Shown piece after piece: positions 20,581 to 29,000 of a stretch of DNA of 32,000 nucleotides. The position numbers and the translations under genes were made by a program. A model generated the notes under the pieces. It worked only from the letters and a program-made list of their open reading frames with translations, was not told the origin of the DNA and ran no database searches. The DNA is from Alkalilimnicola ehrlichii MLHE-1. Its GTDB lineage: Bacteria > Pseudomonadota > Gammaproteobacteria > Nitrococcales > Halorhodospiraceae. Location of the stretch: NCBI RefSeq assembly GCF_000014785.1, contig NC_008340.1, forward strand, positions 1,650,001 to 1,682,000, written 5' to 3'. Positions within the stretch are counted from its first letter, which is position 1. Each line of letters starts with the position of its first letter.

Positions 20581-21354
20581 ATGCGTCGAGTGGTATTCAA
20601 CCAGAAGGGCGGAGTCGGCAAGTCCACCATCACCTGCAACCTGGCGGCCATTGCGGCGGCCCGCGGGCAGAACACCCTGGTGGTGGACCTGGACCCGCAG
20701 GGCAACACCAGCCAGTACCTGCTGGGCGAGGACACGGAGGCCATGGAGGACACCCTGGCCGGGTTCTTCGACCAGATGCTCAGCTTCCGGCTCTACCCCC
20801 GCGACAGCACTGAATTTATCCATGAAACGCCCTATGAGAATCTGGCTGTCATGCCGGCCCATCGCGAGTTGGGTGAGCTGATGGGCAAGCTGGAGAGCCG
20901 CTACAAGATCTACAAGCTGCGCGAGGCGCTGGCCAAGCTGGGCGCGCATTACGACAGCATCTGGATCGATACCCCGCCGGCCCTCAACTTCTATACCCGG
21001 TCCGCGCTCATCGCCGCCGATCGCTGCCTCATCCCCTTCGACTGCGACGATTTCTCGCGCCGGGCGTTGTATGAGCTGCTGTTCAACGTCCGCGAGATCC
21101 AGGAGGATCACAATGCGGATCTCGATGTCGAAGGGATAATCGTCAACCAGTTCCAGGCCCGGGCCAGCCTACCGCGGCAGGTGGTCGACGAGCTGGTGGC
21201 CGAGGAGCTGCCAGTGCTGGACGCCTACCTGTCCGCATCGGTGAAGGTCCGGGAGTCCCACCAGCAGGCCCGACCGCTGGTCCATCTGGCCCCTCGGCAC
21301 AAACTGACGGGGGAATTCGAAGCCCTCTTCGATCTGTTGCACCGGCCCGGCTGA
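20581..21354 (+). CDS. ParA-family (MinD/Soj-like) ATPase
   Basis: MRRVVFNQKGGVGKSTITCNLAAIAAARGQNTLVVDLDPQGNTSQYLLG: deviant Walker A and DLDPQGN motif. No parB nearby. Confidence 0.92.
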   Translation: MRRVVFNQKGGVGKSTITCNLAAIAAARGQNTLVVDLDPQGNTSQYLLGEDTEAMEDTLAGFFDQMLSFRLYPRDSTEFIHETPYENLAVMPAHRELGELMGKLESRYKIYKLREALAKLGAHYDSIWIDTPPALNFYTRSALIAADRCLIPFDCDDFSRRALYELLFNVREIQEDHNADLDVEGIIVNQFQARASLPRQVVDELVAEELPVLDAYLSASVKVRESHQQARPLVHLAPRHKLTGEFEALFDLLHRPG

Positions 21355-21387
21355 CGCCGGGCCGTAACCTCCGGAGACCGCGCCATA

Positions 21388-22590
21388 ATGCTGCCCCGTC
21401 TGGTCCTGCGCACCACCCTGCCCCTGCTGCTGGCGGTCCCCGCCCTGCTCCATGCCGGTGACGACTTCCAGCGCTGCGTGGCCACCCTGGGCGATCAGGC
21501 CCGGGAGGCAGGGCTGTCCGAGTCGGCGATCGAGGCGGCCCTGGCGGACATCACCCCACTGGAGCGGGTGATCAGCAGCGACCGCCGCCAGCCGGAATTC
21601 GTGCAGACCTTCTGGACCTACCTGGACCAGCGGGTGACCGACCGACGGGTTGAGCGTGGGCGGGCATTGCTGGACGAGCACCAGGACCTGCTGTGGCGCA
21701 TCCACGCGGATTACGGGGTCCGGCCCCAGTATCTGCTGGCCCTCTGGGGCATGGAGACCAATTTCGGCGGTTATTTCGGTGATGTGCCCGTCATCGACGC
21801 CCTCGCCACCCTGGCCTGCGACACCCGGCGCAGTGCGTTCTTCCGCACCCAGGTGGTGGAAGCAATCCGAATTATCGACGAAGGGCATATGGATCGCGAC
21901 GGCATGGTGGGCTCCTGGGCCGGAGCCATGGGCCACACCCAGTTCATGCCCTCGACCTTCACCGCCTACGCGGTGGATTACGACGGCAGCGGGCGCATCG
22001 ACCTGTGGAACAGCCTGCCGGACGCCTTTGCCTCCTCGGCCAATTACCTGCGGGCCCTGGGTTGGCGGGACGGCCACCGCTGGGGCCGGGAGGTGATCCT
22101 GCCGGAGGGCTTCGATTATGCCCTGGCGGCGCCGGAGGCACGGCGCAGCGTCGCCGCCTGGCGGGAATTGGGGGTGCAACGGACCGACGGCCGGCTTGTG
22201 CCCGACAGCGAGATCGAGGCGGAATTGCTGCTTCCCGGCGGGTACCGCGGCCCAGCCTTCCTGGTCTATGACAACTTCCGTAAGATCATGCGCTGGAACG
22301 CCTCCACCTCCTACGCCCTGGCGGTGGGCATTCTGGCCGACCGGATCGCCGGGACGGGGGACCTCAAGACCCGCCCCGCCGAGCCGCCGGAGGCGATGCG
22401 CATCGAGGCGGTGAAGCGGCTACAGGAGACGCTGAACGCCCTGGGCTATGAGGCGGGCCCGGTGGACGGCCAGCCTGGCCGGCAGACCCGGAAGGCGGTC
22501 CGCGCCTTCCAGCAGGATGCGGGGCTGCCTGCGGACGGTCACCCCTCACCCCGGGTGCTGCAAGCGGCCGAGGCGCGGACCGGCGATTAG
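21388..22590 (+). CDS. Lytic murein transglycosylase (MltB family) with C-terminal peptidoglycan-binding domain
   Basis: LLALWGMETNFGGYFGDVPVIDALATLACDTRRSAFFRTQ; MGHTQFMPSTFTAYAVDYDGSGRIDLWNSLPDAFASSANYL; C-terminal PG_binding_1-like LQETLNALGYEAGPVDGQPGRQTRKAVRAFQQDAGLPADG. Confidence 0.93.
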   Translation: MLPRLVLRTTLPLLLAVPALLHAGDDFQRCVATLGDQAREAGLSESAIEAALADITPLERVISSDRRQPEFVQTFWTYLDQRVTDRRVERGRALLDEHQDLLWRIHADYGVRPQYLLALWGMETNFGGYFGDVPVIDALATLACDTRRSAFFRTQVVEAIRIIDEGHMDRDGMVGSWAGAMGHTQFMPSTFTAYAVDYDGSGRIDLWNSLPDAFASSANYLRALGWRDGHRWGREVILPEGFDYALAAPEARRSVAAWRELGVQRTDGRLVPDSEIEAELLLPGGYRGPAFLVYDNFRKIMRWNASTSYALAVGILADRIAGTGDLKTRPAEPPEAMRIEAVKRLQETLNALGYEAGPVDGQPGRQTRKAVRAFQQDAGLPADGHPSPRVLQAAEARTGD

Positions 22591-23099
22591 CCCTCCACCC
22601 GGCTGAGCACAGCCTCCCAGCGGATGGCGCCATCGCCATCCACCTCGAAGGCGAAGATCGCAGCGCCGCGAATATGCCCGTCCTCGAACACGGCATAGAC
22701 CCAATGATCGTTCAGGACCGCCATCTCCTCGGCCACGAAGTAATGGGTGCCGCCCAGTACCGGCTCCTCCGGGATCAAGTCCGGCCGCCCCTGGAGGTCG
22801 TCCAGCAGGCCCTGTTCCGGGTCATCACCAAGGCCCGCCTGCTCCAGCTGCCGGATACCGAAGGTGCTCAGGCCCAGGGCGCGGGGGCGGGCAGCGGGTG
22901 CAGGTGCCTCCGGCGCGGCCTCCCGTTCCGCCTGCATGCGGGCCAGTTCCTCCTCCGCCGCCTCGCGCTCGCCCACCTGCTGGAACAACAGCACCGTCAG
23001 CCACCCCACCAATACGATCAACATCAGCGCCACCAGGCGCCACATCAGCCGATCCCGGATATCCCGGTTATTCCTTGTCACGCGTCCTCCCTCCGTCAC
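22587..23099 (-). CDS. Hypothetical membrane-anchored protein
   Basis: One N-terminal TM segment (LMWRLVALMLIVLVGWLTVLLF) followed by a coiled/low-complexity EREAAEEELARMQAEREAAPEAPAPAARP stretch and a soluble domain; its ATG overlaps the upstream gene stop by 4 nt. Confidence 0.65.
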   Translation of the reverse strand: MTEGGRVTRNNRDIRDRLMWRLVALMLIVLVGWLTVLLFQQVGEREAAEEELARMQAEREAAPEAPAPAARPRALGLSTFGIRQLEQAGLGDDPEQGLLDDLQGRPDLIPEEPVLGGTHYFVAEEMAVLNDHWVYAVFEDGHIRGAAIFAFEVDGDGAIRWEAVLSRVEG

Positions 23100-23686
23100 C
23101 GGCGGTCCCCGGCCAGCATCTCCCGCAGCGGCGCCTCGTCCAGCAGGCGCTCCAGCATCCGGGTGACCACTTCATTGATCATCTGTTCGTTCTCAGTCTG
23201 ACTTGGCGAGTGCACCAGCCGTCGTTCCGAGCGGGCGCGGGCCTTGCCGGTGTACCGGTCCCCATCCCCCCGCTCCACGCGGGCCGACATCCGGCCCTCC
23301 AAGTGGATCCCCCGGGTGACCACCCCGGCCTGGCGTTCGTATTGCAACGCCTCCAGGGCGATGTGCAGGCGCCGGTCGGCGGGAACGCCGGCCGCCACCA
23401 CCTCAAACCCGCGCCGCTCCAGCGCGCGGGTCACGCCGCGACGAATGCCCAGCGCCGGGTCCTCGTAGGGCTCGATGCGCGCCTCACCGCCGCGCTCGCC
23501 GTCGCGGAAGCCGATCACCGGGTCATCGCGCCGGTCCTCGACCGTCAGGGCGACGGTAATGCCCTGCCCTTCATCGCTCCGGGCCACGTCCGGCCGCGGC
23601 TCCAGCCGCACCGTTTGGGATCCCGGGGCGCAGCCGGCCACCAGCAGGGCCAGCATCAGAACTGCGATAACGGCTCGCGGTGCCAT
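23096..23686 (-). CDS. YajG-like lipoprotein
   Basis: MAPRAVIAVLMLALLVAGCAPGSQTVRLEPRP lipobox; YajG-like DDPVIGFRDG and RRGFEV segments. Start reset from 23812 to 23686. Confidence 0.7.
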   Translation of the reverse strand: MAPRAVIAVLMLALLVAGCAPGSQTVRLEPRPDVARSDEGQGITVALTVEDRRDDPVIGFRDGERGGEARIEPYEDPALGIRRGVTRALERRGFEVVAAGVPADRRLHIALEALQYERQAGVVTRGIHLEGRMSARVERGDGDRYTGKARARSERRLVHSPSQTENEQMINEVVTRMLERLLDEAPLREMLAGDRR

Positions 23687-23723
23687 GGGTTGGGTCACTC
23701 CAGGTCGCTGTTGGCGGCACGGT

Positions 23724-24311
23724 CTATTGGAAGGAGACCTGCGGGACCTCTCGCTTGGCGGGGTCCTCGATCTCCAGCAGGGCCGCCGGACGGAAGTTGA
23801 AGGTGTTGGCAATCAGACTGTTGGGAAAGACCTCGCGCGCGGTGTTGTAGGCCATGACCGCGTCGTTGTAGGCCTGGCGTGCGAAGGCCACCCGGTTCTC
23901 GGTGGAGGTGAGCTCCTCGGAGAGCTGCATCATGTTCTGATTGGCCTTCAGATCCGGGTAGTTCTCCGCCACCGCGAACAGCCGGCCCAATGCGCCGCTG
24001 AGCCCGGACTCGGCCTGGGACAACTGTTGCATCCGCGACGGGTCGGTGGGGTCCCCTGCGGCGTTGCGCAGGCCCTGTTCCGCCTGGTTGCGCGCTTGCA
24101 CCACGGCCTCCAGGGTGTCGCGCTCGTGGCTCATGTAGGCGCGCGCCGTCTCCACCAGATTCGGGATCAGATCGTGGCGTCGGGTGAGCTGGACGTCGAT
24201 TTGGGCGAAGGCGTTCTTGAACCGGTTGCGCAGCTTGACCAGGCGGTTGTAGATCACCACCACGCCGGCCACCAGCAGCAACAGAACCACCAGAATAATG
24301 ATCACTTCCAT
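23724..24311 (-). CDS. lemA: LemA family protein
   Basis: VVVIYNRLVKLRNRFKNAFAQIDVQLTRRHDLIPNLVETARAYMSHERDTLEAVVQARNQA...FAVAENYPDLKANQNMMQL...ARQAYNDAVMAYNTAREVFPNSLIA. Confidence 0.95.
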   Translation of the reverse strand: MEVIIILVVLLLLVAGVVVIYNRLVKLRNRFKNAFAQIDVQLTRRHDLIPNLVETARAYMSHERDTLEAVVQARNQAEQGLRNAAGDPTDPSRMQQLSQAESGLSGALGRLFAVAENYPDLKANQNMMQLSEELTSTENRVAFARQAYNDAVMAYNTAREVFPNSLIANTFNFRPAALLEIEDPAKREVPQVSFQ

Positions 24312-24314
24312 GCG

Positions 24315-25286
24315 TTATCCCCTTGTTGGCAACAGGCCTTGCAAGGCGGCCCGGAAGTCCATTGTAGCCTGATAACCCTGCTCGATGGCCTCTGCCCCCC
24401 GATCGAACTCCAGCAGGCCCAGGTGGCCGAGCCGGGGGCTGATGATCACGTCGGGGGGATCGCCGGCCATTCGGCTTCGGGTGATGCGGTCCTGCATGAC
24501 GTTGATCGCGGAGGCGGCTACGTCCAGCATGCCCGGCCGTTCCGGATCCGGATCCTTCTGCGGCACCGCGCGCGCCGGCAGCCACTGCTTAAGCAGCGCC
24601 GTGGCCTTTTCGGCGACACCGTCAGGGAGGTACTTGATCCAACCGGAGGGCCCACGCTGGCGGGGTCCCTTGGAGGGCGTCCCGGTATGGAGACTGTCGC
24701 CGGTGTGACGGCCGTGGCGGCTCAGCAAGTCGCCGTTGAGGTTGACAGCGATAATGCGGTCGGCGCCCAGCGCCCGGCAAACGGAGACCGGCACCGGATT
24801 GACCAGGCCACCGTCGACCAGCCAGCGATCACCCATGAGCACCGGCGCCAGCAGGCCGGGTACGGCTGAAGAGGCGCGAAGGGCGGGGGCCACCGGCCCT
24901 TCCTGGAGCCAGACTTCGGTGCCGTTGTCCACCTCGGTGGCAAGCGCCGCAAAGGGGATGTCCAGGTCCTCGATGCGGGCCTCCTGCAACCAGTCGGCAT
25001 AGAAGGCCTCGAGCTTGCGCCCCTCCACCAGCCCACTGCCAACGGTGATGTCCACCAGGCTCATGATCTCGCGCCGGCCGAGCTGCTGGACCCAGTCGTG
25101 GAAGGGGGCAAGGCGCCCCCCGGCATAGAAGGCCCCGACAATGGCGCCAATGGAGGTGCCGGCCACCACCTGCGGCCGGATCCCCAGCTCCTCCAGGGCG
25201 CGGATCACCCCGATATGCGCCCACCCCCGGGCCGCACCGCTGCCCAGGGCCAGGCCCACCGTGGGTTCATGCCGCCGCCCGCTCAC
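24315..25286 (-). CDS. Patatin-like phospholipase, RssA-like
   Basis: GLALGSGAARGWAHIGVIRALEE oxyanion loop, GTSIGAIVGAFYA nucleophile elbow, LVDGGLVNPVPV Asp motif. Confidence 0.92.
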   Translation of the reverse strand: MSGRRHEPTVGLALGSGAARGWAHIGVIRALEELGIRPQVVAGTSIGAIVGAFYAGGRLAPFHDWVQQLGRREIMSLVDITVGSGLVEGRKLEAFYADWLQEARIEDLDIPFAALATEVDNGTEVWLQEGPVAPALRASSAVPGLLAPVLMGDRWLVDGGLVNPVPVSVCRALGADRIIAVNLNGDLLSRHGRHTGDSLHTGTPSKGPRQRGPSGWIKYLPDGVAEKATALLKQWLPARAVPQKDPDPERPGMLDVAASAINVMQDRITRSRMAGDPPDVIISPRLGHLGLLEFDRGAEAIEQGYQATMDFRAALQGLLPTRG

Positions 25287-25292
25287 CGCCGC

Positions 25293-25982
25293 TCACCCGC
25301 ACTTGGACTCGCCGCAGTTCAGGCAGGTGAGGCAGCCGTCCATCTGCACCATCGCCTTGGTGTTGCACTTGATGCACAACTCAGCGTTCTCCGGAAAGCC
25401 GCCGCGCTCGCCGTCACCATCGTTGGCCGGGGCGCCACCGCCCTCCACTTCGGCACGCTTCTGCTCGATAAAGCGCTTCTGGTGCTCGTCCAGCTCCTCG
25501 CTCTCGAGCATGCCGATGGACTTGAGGTGGGTCTCGATGACGTCCCCGATCTCCGCCACCAGCGAAGGCATGAACCGGCCCCCGCGTTTGAAGTAACCGC
25601 CGCGCGGATCAAACACCGAACGCAGCTCCTCGGCCAGGAAGGTGCAGTCGCCCCCCTTGCGGAACACCGCGGAGATAATACGGGTCAGCGCCACGATCCA
25701 CTGGAAGTGGTCCATGTTCTTCGAGTTGATGAAGATCTCGAAGGGCCGGCGCACCTCGTGCTCGGTGCCCGGGTTGAGGACCACGTCGTTGATGGTGACA
25801 TAGAGCGCGTGCTCCGAGAGCGGGGTCTTGATCTTATAGGTCTGCCCCTCCAGCGCCTCCGGGCGCTGGATGCGTTCGTGCATGTGCTCGATGTCGACCT
25901 TGTTCCCGCTCTCGGCCGGCTTTTCGTCCTCCGGCTTGACCACGCCGTAGTCGACGATCTTGGATTGGATCTTCTTCACCAT
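25293..25982 (-). CDS. nrdJb: NrdJb-type C-terminal subunit of split class II ribonucleotide reductase (TSCPD domain plus Cys-rich tail)
   Basis: YKIKTPLSEHALYVTINDV...RRPFEIFINSKNMDHFQWIVALTRIISAVFRKGGDCTFLAEELRSVFDPRGGYFKRGGRFMPSLVAEIGDVIE; tail CIKCNTKAMVQMDGCLTCLNCGESKCG; directly downstream of nrdJa. Confidence 0.85.
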   Translation of the reverse strand: MVKKIQSKIVDYGVVKPEDEKPAESGNKVDIEHMHERIQRPEALEGQTYKIKTPLSEHALYVTINDVVLNPGTEHEVRRPFEIFINSKNMDHFQWIVALTRIISAVFRKGGDCTFLAEELRSVFDPRGGYFKRGGRFMPSLVAEIGDVIETHLKSIGMLESEELDEHQKRFIEQKRAEVEGGGAPANDGDGERGGFPENAELCIKCNTKAMVQMDGCLTCLNCGESKCG

Positions 25983-26029
25983 GGGTCTCTCCCGCCCCGG
26001 CGGGGCTGTTGTCTGCCCGTCGGGGTTGT

Positions 26030-29000
26030 TCAGAACTTACCGTAGTAGCCTTCCTTGAGGGCGTCATAGAGGTTGGCGGCGGTGTGGGTCTCGCCGTCGT
26101 ACTCCACCTCCTCGTCGCCCCGCAACTCCACCTCGGTGCCGTCTGCCAGCTTGAACTTGTAGAAGGTATTGGTCAGGTCCTTCTCGGTGACCAGCACCCC
26201 TTGGAACGCCTCGGGGTTGAAGCGGAAGGTGGTGCAGCCCTTCAGCCCCTGCTGATAGGCATAGCGGTAGATGTCCTTGAAGTCCTCATAGGGGTAGTCC
26301 GTGGGCACGTTGGCGGTCTTGGAGATGGAGGAGTCCACCCACTTCTGGGCCGCCGCCTGGATGTCCACGTGCTGCTTCGGGGTCACCGAGTCGGCGGTGA
26401 TGAAGTAGTCCGGGAGGTTGCGCGTCTCCGGGTCGGTGGACGGGACCGCCTCCGGGTCAATGAAGTGGCGGTAGGCCAGCAGCTCGAAGGAGAAGACATC
26501 GACCTTCTCCTTGGACTTGCGCCCCTCGCGGATCACGTTGCGAAAGTAATGATGCGCAAAGCTCGGCTCAATGCCGTTGCTGGCGTTGTTGGCCAGCGAC
26601 AGTGAGATCGTGCCGGTGGGCGCGATCGAGGTGTGGTGGGAGAAGCGCGCGCCCTTCTCGGCGATGGCCTCCACCAGCTCGGCGTCCACCTCGGCCACCC
26701 GCTGCATGTAGTGGCTGTACCTGGCCAGCAGCACCCGGCCCTTCACCTTGTCGCCCACCTTGTAGCCGTCCACGGCCATCTCCGGGCGCTTGGCCAGCAT
26801 GGCCTCGTCCACGGTGTAGGTCTCGTCCATGATCGGCGCCGGGCCCTTTTCCTCGGCCAGTTCCACACCGGTGCGCCAGCCGGCCAGGGCCATCTCGCGG
26901 GAGACCTTCTCGGTGAAGGCCAGCGATTCGGCCTCACCATACTTCATGCGCAGCATGGTCAGGGTGGAGCCCAACCCGAGAAAGCCCATGCCATGGCGGC
27001 GCTTGCGCTCGATCTCCCGGCGCTGCTCATCCAACGGCAGGCCGTTGATCTCTACCACGTTGTCCAGCATGCGGGTGAAGACCGAGACCACCTCGGCATA
27101 CTCCTGCCAGTCGAAGCGCGCTTTCTCGGTGAAGGGATCGCGCACGAACTTGGTCAGGTTAACCGAGCCCAAAAGGCAGGCGCCGTAGGGGGGTAAAGGT
27201 TGCTCCCCGCAGTTGTGGGCATGAAGGCCATTGGCATCGAAGGTGTTGATACCGGGTACCTGGACGTCGTAGACCTCCTCGGTGCCGGCGGCCTCCACCG
27301 CCACCACGCGGGCCACAAACCGCTCGCGATTGAGGGTGCGCTGGTAACGGTCCAGCAGCGCCTCGAGGCGTGCCTGCTTGTCACTATTGGCAAAGCCGAT
27401 GAGGTCGCGGAACCGCGCAAGGTTCTCACCACTGATCACCAGCTCGTGCTGAGCACGGGTGGCGTACTCAGCGCTCCCGCCGTTGCCGTCGGGCAACACG
27501 GTGTTGCCGGCCGGACGACGATCACGGTAGAGGGTGGAGGCGATACCCAGGCGCAGCAGCATGCGCTGCGCCGCCTCCAGATTGTCGCTGTCGGACTGGG
27601 CCAGGCGCACCGACACGCCCTTGCGCTGGCTGCCCTGGACGGAGCCGTCGGCGTCGTACAGGCCGCGCAGGAAACCCTTGTAGAAGTCGCTGGAACCCTG
27701 CTCCACACCATCGGTGATCCGCTTGCTGCCTGGCCGTATGCCCAGCTCAAGGGCGAGATCGCGGATCGCGGAGGTGGCCAGGCGGTACTCGCCACGGCCC
27801 GGGACCTCACACCAGCCGGTGAAATCGGCCCGGTGCGGCAGCGAGCGGGCGGCCTCGAGGCCCTCGGCCATCACCTCCTCGACGCCGCCCGGCAGTCCGG
27901 CCGGCACCCCGTTGGCCGCAGCCGCGGTGCGCCAGACCGACAGCACGGCCTTATCCGATTTGAGGGTGCCGTCACCCAGCAGCAGCCCCATCAGGTAGCC
28001 TTCATTCCGGCCATGGCGGCCGGCCCACTCGGCGTTGGTGCGGTGGTCGTTGAGCAGGACGCGATCACCGGCCTGGAGCTGCCCCGCTTCGCACCATTCG
28101 GTCTCAGTGCGGTAACGGGTAAAGGCACTGACCCGGCGTACACGGTGGTCGGCGGTGAGCTTGAGCCGATAGCCCTCGGCCGTACGCAGCTCGACTACCT
28201 CTTTGGTCGCCGTCCGGAAGAACCCTTCGTCACCACTGGGGTGGTCCGTGCCGTCGACCCGGGCAGAAAAGCGCCGACCGACCAGCGCGGCCACCCGCCG
28301 CGGCCCGTCGGCGGTCTGCACCCAGGTGTCGGCGGTGACGCACGGGTTGGTGGCGCGGATGTCCTCGCAGAACCAGTTGTTGTTCATCTCGTTGACCCGG
28401 TCGATCAGGATGAACCCCGGCTCCGCGAAGTCGTAGGTGGAGGTCATGATCATGTCCCACAGCCGCCGGGCCTTGACGGTGCGGTAGATGCGGCAGGCCA
28501 CCAGCCCCTGCTCGTCGCTGATATAGGGCTCGGTGGTCGGCCACTCGCGCCAGATGACCTGCTCGCTGTCGGTGAGGTCGATGTTGTCCGTCTCCGCCTC
28601 GTGCTTGGTGAGGGGGAAGGCCAGCGGCCACTGGGCATCATCCTCCACCGCCTGCATGAACTCCTCGGTGATCAGCAGGCTGAGGTTGAACTGGCGCAGC
28701 CGGCCGTCCTCGCGCTTGGCGCGGATGAAGTCGAGCACGTCCGGGTGGCCCACATCGAAGGTGGCCATCTGCGCCCCGCGGCGGCCGCCGGCGGAGGAGA
28801 CGGTGAAGCACATGCGGTCGTAGATGTCCATGAAGGACAGCGATCCGGAGGTGTAGGCGCCGGCCCCGGAGACATAGGCGCCGCGCGGGCGCAGGGTGGA
28901 GAACTCGTAGCCGATACCGCAGCCGGCCTTCAGGGTCAGGCCCGCCTCGTGCACCTTCTGCAAGATGTCGTCCATGGAGTCCTGGATGGTGCCGGAGACC

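Noticed and set aside
20581-21354. ParA-like gene as evidence of a plasmid, integrated element or replication origin
   Set aside because: No parB, rep, integrase, direct repeats or DnaA-box cluster nearby; flanked by pyrD and a murein hydrolase.
23475-24869. 464-aa + strand ORF crossing lemA and patatin on the opposite strand
   Set aside because: Covers clear minus-strand lemA, lipoprotein and patatin genes with no motifs of its own.
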